In this document: positions 49,188-62,207 of the stretch, piece by piece
How the letters are laid out: each line of letters opens with the position of its first letter
Position numbering within the stretch: the stretch's first letter is position 1
Source of the DNA: Dimorphilus gyrociliatus
Taxonomy: Eukaryota; Animalia; Annelida
Length of the DNA: 64,000 bases
Assembly (NCBI GenBank): GCA_904063045.1
Contig: CAJFCJ010000010.1
Location: forward strand, 1,694,250-1,758,249
Direction: 5' to 3'
Notes under the pieces: model-generated
What the model saw: the letters and a program-made list of their open reading frames with translations, nothing else
What the model was told of the DNA's origin: nothing
The model's database searches: none
Translations under genes and position numbers: made by a program

Positions 49188-51650
49188 CGATAGGATATGA
49201 TCAAACTCTTTGCTCATTTGATATCAATTCATCCAAGGACGCCAGCAGGCTCTATTCTAACGTTTAATTATGTGAAATAATATGGCGTTGTGAAAGAATT
49301 ATGCTCAATAATCTGTATTTTTTTTTTAAAGAAAATCGCCTTTATCCATCATCAAGTCCAAAGTACTGAATAAACTTTTAAGTACATAAAAACTATTATA
49401 TCACACCAGTCTCGTGTAAGGTATTGTAGTTTTCCATAAGAGGACAAAGATTGACTAGAAATGTAAAGGAGTAGGTTAACTAGTGAAATAGTAACTCAAT
49501 CGCTGTTCATTTAAATATTTGTATATTTCCATTTTCAATATCAGATAAGAAAAGAGAAAATAATTAAGGCATTTAATTACTTATTCTCTTTTCCTTCTCG
49601 CTATACATGCGTCTGTGTATTCGAGTATGAGCGTGTCCTCTCTGTCTGTCTGCCTGTCTGTTTGTCTGTTTCATTTTCTCTCTCTCTCTCTATTTCCTAT
49701 CTTTATCTTCTTCGTTTTTCCTTAATTTGCCTTTGTTACTTTTCCTATATAATAATATATAGTGAATAATATAGGGATACTTGGAATATGCCAAAGGACA
49801 ATTGTATCTTGGCATCTGTTGCACTTTCATTTTTAATATAGATTTTTTATGGGTATGAACAAACTGTCAAACTCTTTCTAACTCTTACGGATGATTGCGA
49901 AAGTTTATTAAGCCATATTCTATAAAAGAGTAGCGAAAAGGATACAAGCTTTTAAATTAATGTTTCATCATAAAAGAGATGAATTTCAGCATAAAATGCT
50001 GACTGGTAAAGAGTTGTTTAAATCCCTGGCCCAGTTACAAGAATATAACTGCTTTAAGGGGTTTTCTAGCTATCTGCAAAAGTTTATCCTCTACCCATTA
50101 ACGTAATAATAGTAATAATGATATTAATGACTTATTATCTTAGTTTTTCTATCCGCTATCCATGCAAATTGGGAGAATTTGTATTTGTTTCTAAAATAAA
50201 CAGTTAAGATGTAAAAAACTCTTTCCAACAGAGAATTGATAGAATAATCTTGAAGATTATGTTCTATTATTAATATTAATATTAAATTTCGTTAAGAGCA
50301 GAAAAACGCAAAAAAGGAAAGTAATCTTTAAAATAGACTGAGAACCTTTGAATAATGATAAAATTAAAAACTTGAATTTCATGCTAAAGATAGTGAGCAC
50401 GTTTATTTTTCTTTGTTTTTAAAATTTATAAGAGATATTGGATAACTTGTAAAAATATTCTATTAATAATTATTAAAAAAAGACACAGACTCTTAAGATG
50501 TACACAACTCTTTAATAAGAGAATTTTACAGATGATTCTAAATGAGAAAAGTATTAATGTTTAAGTATAAGTTCATATATTTTGAAAGAAATGTGTGGGT
50601 GGAGGAAAAGGAAGAGTAAAAAGTTGAGAGAGAGAGAGAGAGAGAGAGAGAATAAGATAAAAAAAGAAAGTGAACATACAGATAGATATGTGTACATAGA
50701 CACCCCCATACAAATATATGTATACAATTATACATTTATACATACTAATACATACATATATAGAGACGTTATATTAAGGGAAATTGCAAAGGGCTGCAAC
50801 TGCTTAATAATATCCTAGAGAAAAAAACGGAAATTACTCAATTGTCTTTATGAAATATAAATACAAAAATATTCTACGAATTTTAATTCTTAGCAAAACA
50901 ATATCAAGTATTGAAGAAGAAAATTGAAGAAATTCTTTTAATACTATCTGCTACAAGAGAAATATTTATAATTAGATTCCATTATTCTTCTCTATACAGT
51001 ATCTATTTATTGAAATACAAACAAAAATTGCAAAAGTTTGTCTACGTTTCTTTCTTTCTTTCTCCATTTTCAATGTAACTACTGTTAATACGTTAATTTT
51101 TACTTTAGCTAGATCGAGATGAAATTGTATTCTATTTATAACTTCTTTTACACGAAATGATGTATAAAAGGTATTATCGAATTTAGACACGTTTATGCAT
51201 AATTCTAGAAATTATTAATTAGACTGTAATTGATTAGAAATTAAATAGAAGCGTCTACTTTCAAACTAAAAAGACTATTGAATAGACAAAAAAATTGGAA
51301 TTATTTTACTTCCTGTAGAAAAGATACGCTTTTTCCCTTTATAATCCTTCTTTACTTTCATTTATTAGCTATTGGAAAAAGTTGAAATTTACGATATTTA
51401 AATAAGGAAAAAAGTTTAAATTTCATGTGAATATCAATTTTTTCCTCTTGTGTAACTAATTTTAGTATTAAATTGAGTAATTAAATCCGCTTAATTTCGT
51501 GATAAATACATCATGAAATGTAGAAATTGAATATAGTATAAATGAACCCGATACGAGTTCATTGAATAATGTAACGCCCGTTATTAATCTGCATTGACGC
51601 ATGTACAAGTATACATCTTTTACACAAACAACGCCTCCATAATAATTTCC

Positions 51651-51660
51651 TATATAAAAA
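51651..51660 (+). promoter_or_regulatory. TATA box (tatataaaaa) upstream of the secreted peptide gene
   Basis: Canonical TATA about 50 bp before ATG 51710, followed by a GC-rich leader. Confidence 0.5.
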
Positions 51661-51709
51661 AGAGGCGCTATTCGTAAACCGCGCATTATTAAGCTTGAAC
51701 GCGCGTCGA

Positions 51710-52879
51710 ATGGCGTCGAATTGTAAACTTTGCGCTCTTTTACTGCTTTTCTCCATTTCTTTACAGTTATGGGTCTCAAATTGTCAAGGTAAGATTTCAA
51801 GTAATTCGAACAGCATATCTTTAACTATTAATGAATTATAAGGGTTATAATTTAGGTCATTTTTTCTTTTTTTAAATCTTCTCTTTTTGACAAACAACAA
51901 AAATGTTTTATTTAATAAAATTTTCTATGGGAAATTGACAAACTTTTAGTTTATTATTAAAAATTTTAGTTTATTATTGAAAACTATTAAACAAACGTGA
52001 AAATTAACTAAGTGTATATTTCGTATTAAATATTTATTAATCTCATAATAAAGTCTAAAAAAGTGACAAACAAATTGTTTTTATTTTGCGAGGTGTGTTA
52101 GAATCATGAATAAGATATAATAAAGTGGAATGTATAGTTATGATCCTCTCTTATTTTTACATTGTATAGGAATTTGTCAATTATTAAATATCCCTTTTAA
52201 GTCGTTTTTATAAATATATATATATTTATTTATCACCATTCAAATATATATTTGCTACCTTGTTAATTAGCTTGTTAATATTCATTAATAAAGGGGAACT
52301 GAAGAGAACTAAAGGGTGGAAGAGAGAGTGAAAGAGAAAAAGTTATATCTCTTTCATGTAGGTTGTTTAATGGAAAACCTAACAGTTTTTATGGTCAATT
52401 ATCATTATTATTGAATTGTATCATTGGTAAATTTGCATTTGATACCTTGTATTCGATTGATAAAAAGGACTTGTTAGAGTCGATTTTTTTGTAAGATGTC
52501 AATAAAAACTAATAAACTGTATAAATAAAAATACTTGACGTCCCTGTTTTTTGTAATATTATTTACTTTCTACTTGAATAGGCTTAGAATAACACTTCTA
52601 AACTCATTAAGTAAGACAATCTTTCTTAAGACTATTATTAACAATTTTGAAACGAGCTATATTCATCAGTTTTCTTCTTCTTCTTCTTCTCTCCCTCTCT
52701 CTCTTTCAATTATAGATTTGTATGAACAACTTGGTCTGGATCCATTCGGATTAGAATCGCAGCTAAAGGAAGTTAGGAGAAGGGTACCGGAAGATAATGT
52801 TTGGGACTTAAAAAGAAAATTCTTCTTCGACCACTTCAGACCGAGAAAGAGGGTTCTGGGCCGAAGTAGAAAGCCATAG
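51710..52879 (+). CDS. Orphan secreted peptide / neuropeptide-like precursor, 80 aa. Exons 51710-51788, 52716-52879
   Basis: Spliced product MASNCKLCALLLLFSISLQLWVSNC|QDLYEQLGLDPFGLESQLKEV-RRR-VPEDNVWDL-KRK-FFFDHFRP-RKR-VLGRSRKP. It has a signal-peptide-like N-terminus, a strong donor (caag|gtaaga), a polypyrimidine acceptor (tatag|) with matching phase 1, multibasic sites and an upstream TATA. Confidence 0.72.
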
Positions 52880-53358
52880 ACACAAAAATTTCACATTTGA
52901 TGTTGTCATGTTAAATTATTCCGTTTTTGAATAGGCGTCTTAAAAAAATTAAAAAGAAACACACAAATCACATTCTATAAAGAATATAATATATGTTTAT
53001 AATATTTTCAATTTTATTGGGGAGAGAATTCTCAATTTTTGACCTAATAAATAAAAAAAAACAAATAAATAAAGTTCTTAAAAATATTAAAATTTTCTAT
53101 AATTTCCTCTCTATTTAAAGAATACTAAGATTGAAATTATTCATAATATGTTAATTTTATATTGTATAAAATATGGATATACAAGAGATAATCATTCATT
53201 TTAGTTATTAATAAATTATTTAATAAATGAAATTATAATAATTATAATATTATTATAATTTCTAGCCATATTTACTTAGAATCAATAGGTTATATCGTAA
53301 TTATATACACATTTCGTGTTCAATCTCTTACTTTACTTTTAATTATATACACTTCCGT

Positions 53359-53438
53359 CCGATAGAGGGCGTATCTATTCTTTAAAGACAAACTTTACAT
53401 CGTAAATTCAACTTGCCATATTGAAACGCCATCTACCG
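53359..53438. promoter_or_regulatory. Convergent CTCF-like pair (53359-53372 plus ccgatagagggcgt; 53426-53438 minus cggtagatggcgt), with ETS core acttccg at 53351
   Basis: Close consensus matches in AT-rich intergenic DNA 480 bp downstream of the peptide gene. Confidence 0.4.
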
Positions 53439-54691
53439 TAGGAAAACTAGTACTAAGCTTATTGTTTATTAATCAGGTAATTTTTGTTTATGAAGTCTAT
53501 ATTTAGGTATTTTTGTAGTTAAATTTAGGAAACGTGTAGACAATAGAGTTGTATTTTTATCATAATTACTTACATTTAATTATAATAATATCACATAATA
53601 CTAATGTACTCGAAATTGTTAGAAATTTATTACTAACGCTCTCCTCTCCCTTCTCGCCGCACCTTCCTGCCCAGTTTTTCATCCTATTGAGAATAGAATT
53701 AAACACTCCCTTCTATAACCAATTCTTTTTTAAAAAAGATGATAAAATCAAAGATAGAGTGTTATCATATCTAATCTAATATATATATATAAATTTATAT
53801 ATGTACTATATATTGGAATGTATTGATAAATGAAAAACTCTCGTAAAAAGTAAAACAAAACAGGCAGAGAAGACAAATTGTACGCCTCCGCAATTGTTTA
53901 AATATTGTGGGTTTTTTTTAGCGAATCTCAACTAAACTGTTAAAGTATTTTGAATAAAAAAAAGGATAAAAGAAAACAAGTTTAAACAAAGAAATAACAC
54001 ATAGATTTGAGATATTTCTCCAATTTTTGGATTTTTAACAATAAGAAATGTAGTTTATAATTCTATTTTATTCGTTTCATTAAACCTATATATCCTTATC
54101 TCTATTGTTCTTTTTAATCGATATTTTTTCGTGGAAAGTTCCTCTTCATTGTATAAATTTAACAGATAATACTAATTTATAGTACATTAAACATTATATA
54201 CATAATATACATTAAAAGTTGATCTTTCAAGGATAATAGTTCCAAAAGTTATCTTTCAGAATGAGAAAATTAAATGCCAGTTGGTTATTTTGGGACAACA
54301 ACAAAAAACATATAGTATTTAATAGCTATAATGTAATTATCTTTTCAAATAACAAAGTTTGTTTGTATGTTTGTTTGTTTGTTCTTTCAAGTGACAAACT
54401 TTTCGATTTGTGGAGATATGAAAAATCTGTCACTCTTTCTGAATCTCTCTCTCTCTCTCTATCTCTCTCTATCTATCTCATATACTATATACTAATGTAT
54501 AGTACATGAATCTATACTTTATAGCTAGGTAATACCTTCAATAATACGTAGTTGGATTGCATAATTTTTTCATATTTGTGGTAGATAATAATCACTCTAA
54601 TTCCTTATTCTGTTTGTTTTTTACTTGTACAGTATGCTATACGTATAATAGTTATATTGCATCATTACGAAAACAAGTCCTAAATTTTCCT

Positions 54692-54736
<45 letters not shown>

Positions 54737-55552
54737 CTCGCACTCTCTTTCTACATATATGGCAGTATAGAGCGTACACTTCATTTAAAAGCCCATTCAC
54801 ACTTTTATTACAGATAATGTTTATGATCCTTATCTATTCCTACATTCCTTCACGGCTCTGACAAAAATTCTAAATATTCGCTGTTCCTTTGCCAGATCTC
54901 TTACAGATCAATGTCATCTTATTTTATTTTCCATTCTTCACTAGTTGTTTTTAATTTTCATTATATTAACATTCCTTAGATTTAGAATGATAGTATCGTT
55001 TCATTTTCCTTGTTTGCTTGTTTGTTTGTCATTTAAAAATAAAAAGAGAAAATGGAACTGGTAAGGGAATTAAATTAGCGCCAGAGTAATGTCTTAATCT
55101 CTTTAGTGTCTAAATTAAATTTGTTAAAAGTTGAAAGTCATCGAACACTTTATAACCGGAAACTTATCCAAAAGATTGTAAATATTAAAATTTTATATAT
55201 ATAGTATATACTATAAAATACACAAAAGTTCTTTATTTATATGACTACAAATATAGATACAGTGAATAAATCACAGCTTCTGTGGCTTTTAGGGTAGAAA
55301 CTATATCTATTCTGTGGCTGTTAGGGAAGGGATATCCTCTGTTTTGCACCTGTTAGCACAGGTGGGCGTTGCTTATCATAGAGGAGTGTTAAAAACGAAG
55401 GCCAGTCTATAATTATAATTTCTATAAAAACGTATATAAGTAGAAAGTTATATATCTTATTGAAAAGGCCATAGACCTTATCGTATTAGAAGCGAAGAGT
55501 GAATGAAAATGAAGAGAAAAAAAAACAAAAACTTTAAAAGTGAAACACTTAA

Positions 55553-55556
<4 letters not shown>

Positions 55557-55591
<35 letters not shown>
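55557..55591. repeat. (AG)n microsatellite
   Basis: Read directly. Confidence 0.9.
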
Positions 55592-55594
<3 letters not shown>

Positions 55595-56962
55595 AAAAAA
55601 AGATTAAAATAACAGAAATTTATTTCAGTTGTTAATTATGTTGTACTTGGATATATGCTAATTTATATTTCTCATTATTCATTTTCTCTAATTAAACGTC
55701 TTTTTATCTTTAATTAATATTTATTATAGGTATTAATATAGTATGGGGCATATCTCTCTTCTCTAATCTAGACACATCCAAAAATATATAAAATACTCAA
55801 TATCCATATATTTCTTGGCTTGTAAAAAGAATTGTTTCTAATCTATAAATAGTTTACATCATATGCACTATTAACAATGTATACTGTGCACTGTCTACAT
55901 TCTAAATACGGCTTATACTCTTACAACAAATTCCTTTGACCTTGAAGTAATTAGTCCTATTATAGAAGACTTTTTAAGAAAGTATTCTAACTATTTTGGA
56001 AATTTCTTATTGATAAATGTGCTATTAGTAAAAAGATAAATTGTTTTTTTTATCATCTATTACGGTTCAAAAACTAAAAATGAAGAGCTCAAGCTATAAT
56101 TAATTTTATCTTTTTGCAAAATTTCTAAATGTAGTCCTATAACTCCAACACTTTTTATTTCCTTTAGATAAACCATTATGAATGAACGTAAAAATGATAA
56201 TTATTGTATATATATAGAGATAAAAAGATAAGAAAGGTAATGAGAAAGTGAGAGATTGAACTGAATAAGTGCATAATTGAATTAATCTTCGATAAATGTA
56301 GCCAACTTTGCAAAGGTTATAAAAATAAAAAAAAGAAACAAAGAAATAAGTGAAAAAAGAAGTATTTTACGATATTTATCCAAGATATTTTATCTAAATA
56401 GGCTAAATCTATCGATATAGTTTAGATGCGAAAGATGGAAGAGAGGTTATTGGCCACCATGAGAAATTATTTCAAATTATATTAATTATGTATATATCAG
56501 TATGTTTTATTTATAACATACTTGTCTATTTATAATCAAAAGGTAGAGAACATGATAATTTCCCCTAATTCAAGTACAAACTAACTGTCTATATGTAAAT
56601 GTATGAAATAGAGGTACTTCCATGTTCCATAAAATACAAAATAGAAAAAGAGCATTGATTAAATAAGAGATATAAATTACTTTGGATTTGAGATTAAAAC
56701 AAATATATTACCTAATTTAATTTTCAATTTTCGTTTTTTTTCTTTTTTTTTAAAAAAAAAAAAACCTAAAATAAAATTTTAGTTTCTTAAAAAATTTGTA
56801 CTTAAAAAGCAATTTAAAGTTTAAAATTAAAAATAATAAATTACTTTACTTAGGCACACAGTACGGGATAAATTTTTACAACACCAGATGTTCATTATTC
56901 AAAATGCTATTTTTATTCAACAATATCAATTTAGTCCAAAATCCGTGGCATACTTAAAACGC

Positions 56963-56963
<1 letters not shown>

Positions 56964-56998
<35 letters not shown>
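56964..56998. repeat. (TA)n microsatellite
   Basis: Read directly. Confidence 0.9.
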
Positions 56999-57001
<3 letters not shown>

Positions 57002-58399
57002 AATTAATATTTTAAATGATTATGATATTTTGTTTCAATATATTTTTGATTAATACTCCGTTAAAAATGCACTATATTATGCTAATTTTATGACAATTCA
57101 TTAACTTGGGAAAAAGAGACAAAACAACATTAAGGTACCGGTGATTATGTTTGTTGTATATATAATAATATATCAGAAAACATCATAAAATTTATCCGAA
57201 AGAAACAAAATGAAAAAACTTTTATATGAAAAATTTACTTTTTTTTTTTTTTGCTTTCTTTCTTTCTTTCTTTCTTTCATTCATTCATTCTTATTCGCAT
57301 AATAATCATATTTATAAAGAAAACATCTCGTGTATTAAAAATATAACCTTTTAATGTACTTTAATTTTTTATCCCTAATAATAAAAAGACAGAGAAGAAA
57401 GGATTTAAAAAAAAAGACGTTTTCTTTTAACTTTTTTCCTAATTATTACTTTTTTTTTTGTTCATTTTTGTTCAGTTTTATTCTCTATTTACCTTCTTCT
57501 ACTGTTGCATTTCTTCTTAGTTCTATTACTGTTGTTATTGTTATTATTAACATACAAATATTTATACTGAGGGGGATAGAGTAAACAATTAATAGTAAAA
57601 CATACTTACATACATACATACATACAGTACATATAGAACCTAAAACTCTTAAATACAAATACATATGTAAACATATCTATATGAAGCAAAGTACATAATT
57701 ACCGTTTGTAATTTGTCAATTAAAAGCTGAAGCACGAAAATTATTTAATTAATCCCGAAAAGAGGCTTTTTTTTAACAGTTTTCTATGCATACAATTAAA
57801 TCACAGCCGTTGTTGGTATATTCTATAAAATAGGCCTTAAACAATTAATTAAGAAATTGGTATTGTGTAACGGGTATATCGAATTCAACACCGATTAAGC
57901 CATTATATTAGCAATAGGCCGCAATCTGTATACATTCGAACGTGATGTATGCCTTTTTTGAGCCTCCTAACCCAAGGAGCGTTCCAATAAAAGTGTGTGA
58001 AAGATAAGAAGAAGTAAAAGTTTGAAAGAAAGCTCTAGCATTAGTAATTTTAGCGATACAAAATAGTATTAAAATTGTGTGTATTGAAGACGTTTGCATA
58101 TTCAGTTTTAAACAGTATATAAAATATTAAACAGTGCACTAAATAGTATATGGATGAGAAGAAAATCATTTGTAGAAAAAAAACATGATAAAACACAATG
58201 GTCCTATTGGATAAGGTGTTAGAATAATCACATATGTTGCCGTTTGATCCCAAAACCGACGAAATATAATCAAGTCCTACGATATCTTTGGTTAGATATA
58301 ATATAAATAAACATCTAAACTCTCGTCAGGAAAAAACGAATCTCAGAAAAAATAAACTTAATATAAAATAAAATAGGCAAAAGAAGAAAAAAATTCACT

Positions 58400-61003
58400 C
58401 TACATAGCTTCAAATTGATCCACTCGGTGTTTCGTATTGCCCTGGCGTATTTGCTTCAATGTTTTATACTTATCTCGTCCTTCCCGCATATTTTCACGGT
58501 AGATGACGTCTTCTCTGGTCACTTTTGTCAAATCCTTTGACGCTTGAAGATCAGTAGCCAATGACTGTTGGAAAAATGTCAACAATTTCAGTTAACGTCG
58601 TTAGACGAACTAAATAATGAATAGTTTCAAGTTATTCAACTTTACCTTCAATTGTGTTTGAAGTCGTTGATTCTTTTCGGTAGCGGTGATTCGGTCTTCC
58701 TCTGGTCTTGCTGCATCTTCAATAATCTGTAAATCGGAGCCTTGATACGATTCATCCTCGTCAAATTCCATGTGGTTAACTTCAGTAACAACCGGCACGT
58801 GTCGTTGGGCCTGCATAGCTTCTTGCAATCTCTTCTGGTTCTCCTCCATTGCAACTTGGGCCTCTGCAAGTTCAGCTTGTAATCGATCTCTCTCCTCCTG
58901 CCTTTCTCTTTCCCTAGTCTCTGCAGCCTCCAATTCCCTTAGTCTCTCCTCCGCCTCTTGACGCAGCCTTTCACGCTCTTCTTTTTCCGCTAATCTGGCC
59001 TCTTCCTCGGCTTTGGCAGCGCTCTCGGCTAATCGTCTTGCTTCGGCTAATTCTTCCGCCTCTTCTGCGGCCTTCCTTGCCCTTTCTTCGAGCTCTTGAG
59101 CTAGGCGTTGGGATGTAACTAAATCACTCTGAGCTCTTTCCATCTCTTCCTCGAATTTAAGCAGCCTATCTTCCAGCTCTTTCCTCTTCCTTTCAGCTTC
59201 TTCTCTAGCCTGTTGCTCTCTCTTCAAGTTCAATTGCTGTTCTTGCTTTGCCTGTTTATCTTCTCGTGCTTGAGCTTTCATTTGCTGAACTTCAATTGTA
59301 TCAGGTTTACGCCTGCGCATGTACAACTCATGATTTCCCATGCAGAGAGCCAGAATTCTTTTATTAATGCGTAGGCGGGGAGCATGGAAGACAAAATCGG
59401 GAGATTTCCTATCGATAGGCTTGATAACAAATTTCTTATCGTTGAAAGATATGTTACGAATTTCCGACCATGGAAAGCCAATCTTTGGAGTAAGTTTATC
59501 TTCAGTATCATATACATTCAAGCCCAGAGCGTCCACACCCAAAAAGAGATCCGAGCCCTTTTTGTTTTTAATAGAAAAATAATTGACACCATACATTTCT
59601 AAATCTTGGGCAATCTTCAAATACTCCATTTGAGCGTCTTCCTTCATCATAGCAGTATGCTCCTGCCACCAAGTTATTATTCTCTCTTGCCATTGTTCTT
59701 TTGTCAAACTGTGTTGATCATGAACTCTATCTGGTAGCAACCGATCTTTGCTAAGATCAACTCCAGCTGTATAATCTCCATACTTTGACTGCATCGCATA
59801 TGATGCTAAAAGCACGCTAGTTTCTGGTGGACAATAAATTTCGCTACTCAATATCATGTCCTTAACCTGCAGGTAGAAGAGGCGTTGCGTTACCTCTTGG
59901 ATGAGTTCTTCAGCAACATCTTCAGGGTAGAATTTAGCTCTAAATTTGAATTGTAACGGAGTCTCTTTACGAACATCCTGATTAACAACTTTCTTGTTTA
60001 ATTTTAGCCAGGTAGTGAGACCTTTAGAATCTGTATACATTAAACCAAAAAACCATGTTTCTCTTAGTCCTATAGTTTTAACGACTTGCTCGAACAATTG
60101 CTTTCCAGTCGTATTCGACTGTATAGCGAACTCAAGTTCAGCATCGATCGTTGTAACGCGTACGTTTATCTAAAAAAAATAAAATAGTAATTAATTAAAT
60201 AAGAAATAATTTAAAATATTTGAAAGGAAACAATTAGCTTTTTTAAAAGAGAATGCACAATGACTGATCGTTAACTAGTTCAAATAAAGTACTTCCTAAA
60301 GAATGACGTCGTGTACGCATAGCTCGAATTCCTATAGCATTCGCATATAGATTTACTCACTTTTGGCGCCATGAACTTAATGCAACGCTTTACTCAATCC
60401 ATGAAACTAGTCTATTACCACACCCAACCAACAATTGACCGGCCAAAAAAACCTCTTTAAGCGCTTAACAAGCCGATTCACGTTATCAAAATTGGCCTTT
60501 GGCTTAGATAACAGGAAAAAACAAAAAAAGACCACTTTTATAATCAATTTCTTTCCTACCGTTTTTTTTAGGTAAAATTATCTTAAGTTAGCTGGTTTAT
60601 ATTTCGCCCTTCGCCAATCTCCAGTCAAGAAGGTGCGATAAGTATTTGATCAGCATTACATAAAAGTCTACTGTTAAGGTCACTAAATAAAGCAACTGTC
60701 TATGTAACTTCCTTAACCTTAATACAAGCATGCCTTCAAATGCCCTTGCTTATGAAATATATATATTAAAATATATTCTGTATATATAAATATACTATAT
60801 ATATATTAGTATTATATTATAATATATACATAGTTAGGGATAAATGTACTATAAATCCACCTATTACTTTTATTTCGTTAACATGCATATTTATAAATAT
60901 AGAACATCACTATTGTTTTTACTCAACACTGGATAAACTCATTTTACACTACGATAACAAAGAATTAAGAAAAAACATTATAACTTACAGGTTTGCTTGG
61001 CAT
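58400..61003 (-). CDS. ERM: ERM protein (moesin/radixin/ezrin ortholog), about 567 aa. Exons 60989-61003 (MPSKP), 58646-60169, 58400-58564
   Basis: [46 protein letters not shown] motifs ([50 protein letters not shown]), coiled coil, and C-terminal actin-binding [26 protein letters not shown]. Confidence 0.96.
60361..60372 (-). CDS. ERM: Alternative first coding exon of ERM (MAPK|), phase 0
   Basis: Minus strand atggcgccaaaa|gtgagt has a consensus donor and joins in frame to the INVRV exon. Confidence 0.6.
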
Positions 61004-62207
61004 TATACTTCACTTTAGCCTTCTATAATCAACAAATAATCTGAAAGAATATATAAAGTAATAAATATAAATTATGACTCACATAAAGTTATAAATATTT
61101 AAAGGAAAACTATTCGTTGAGATTACTCCTTTGGATAAGGTCTAAACAATTAAACAACCAACTTCGTAGTTATCTCGCTCTCATAAATAGAAATGTAGAG
61201 AACGAATAAAGAATATAATTGAATACATTTCATGTCCTTACCGTACGAGGTTTTACCGCGAAATAGAGTGTTGTAACAAACTATAAACCTTTACACTTGT
61301 AACTGAGATAATTGTAGTTTAGTTGAAAATAAAAATACACTAAGTAGAGGACGAGTTGTACCAAAGTTAAGCCTAGTGTATTATGCGGCTTAGTTGAGCA
61401 GAAAATTATTGGCTCATAAAGACTGTTCAATTGTCTTGAACTAGTTAAAGTCAAATCTTATATGAAAAATATCTTAATTCAGATTATATTTTTATCTTAT
61501 CCAAGTTTCTTATCAGGTGTTCATATATCCACCGGAAGGCGTGGTCTCTTAACATTTTAATTTTAAATTTCCATTTATGCTACTAATATAAATGGTTGGT
61601 GACATTGGTATCAGCATTATATGGCTATATGCAATATTTACAATGAAACTATAAATTTCAATATGCACACGCGCACATTTTTCTCGGCTCGAGTGTTCAG
61701 CTAATTCAAACCGGTAAGATTGCATTAAAAGTGCCATTTTTGCACAGGAATGTTTCTTCTTATAACTTAAAATTGTTTAAATTGTTAAAAAACAATGAAA
61801 ACTTACTTTTAAGACATAAAATTTCCAAAAAAAAATAATAATAATTGCTGGTTGACTAATTCTCAAAATGGCTGCAGAGATTAATGCGACGACGCGCGAT
61901 GGCACTTTGAAAATGGCGGATGTAAAGAAAAAGTACAGTGGCCATGTTTAAAGTGCGGTCTATTGACAAGCTCTTCGATATACTCAAAAATATTTCGATT
62001 TTTCTATTTCGATAGACTCTGAGTAAAACTATTTGACTAATCATTTTCAAAATTTTAACTTAATCACCATTCCATTACAAAGTCATTGTGTTTGCGGAAA
62101 TTCAAAATATATTTCTTATAACAGTTAAAATTCTAAAATGAGAAAAAAACCAACGCTACTTAAGACAATTACTATCAAAATAAAAAAAAAAGAAATAACA
62201 TTTTAAA

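Noticed and set aside
48150-49300. Apparent minus-strand exon chain downstream of FADS
   Set aside because: Plausible GT-AG pairs exist, but joined frames contain in-frame stops and match no family I know; treated as unresolved and probably non-coding.
51468-51800. Minus-strand ORFs 51468-51800 and 51559-51756
   Set aside because: Antisense to the TATA box, leader and signal-peptide exon of the plus-strand peptide gene.
58400-60169. Merlin/NF2 identity for the FERM protein
   Set aside because: The N-terminal ELEFAIQ..TTGKQLF and the C-terminal actin-binding [19 protein letters not shown] are ERM-type.
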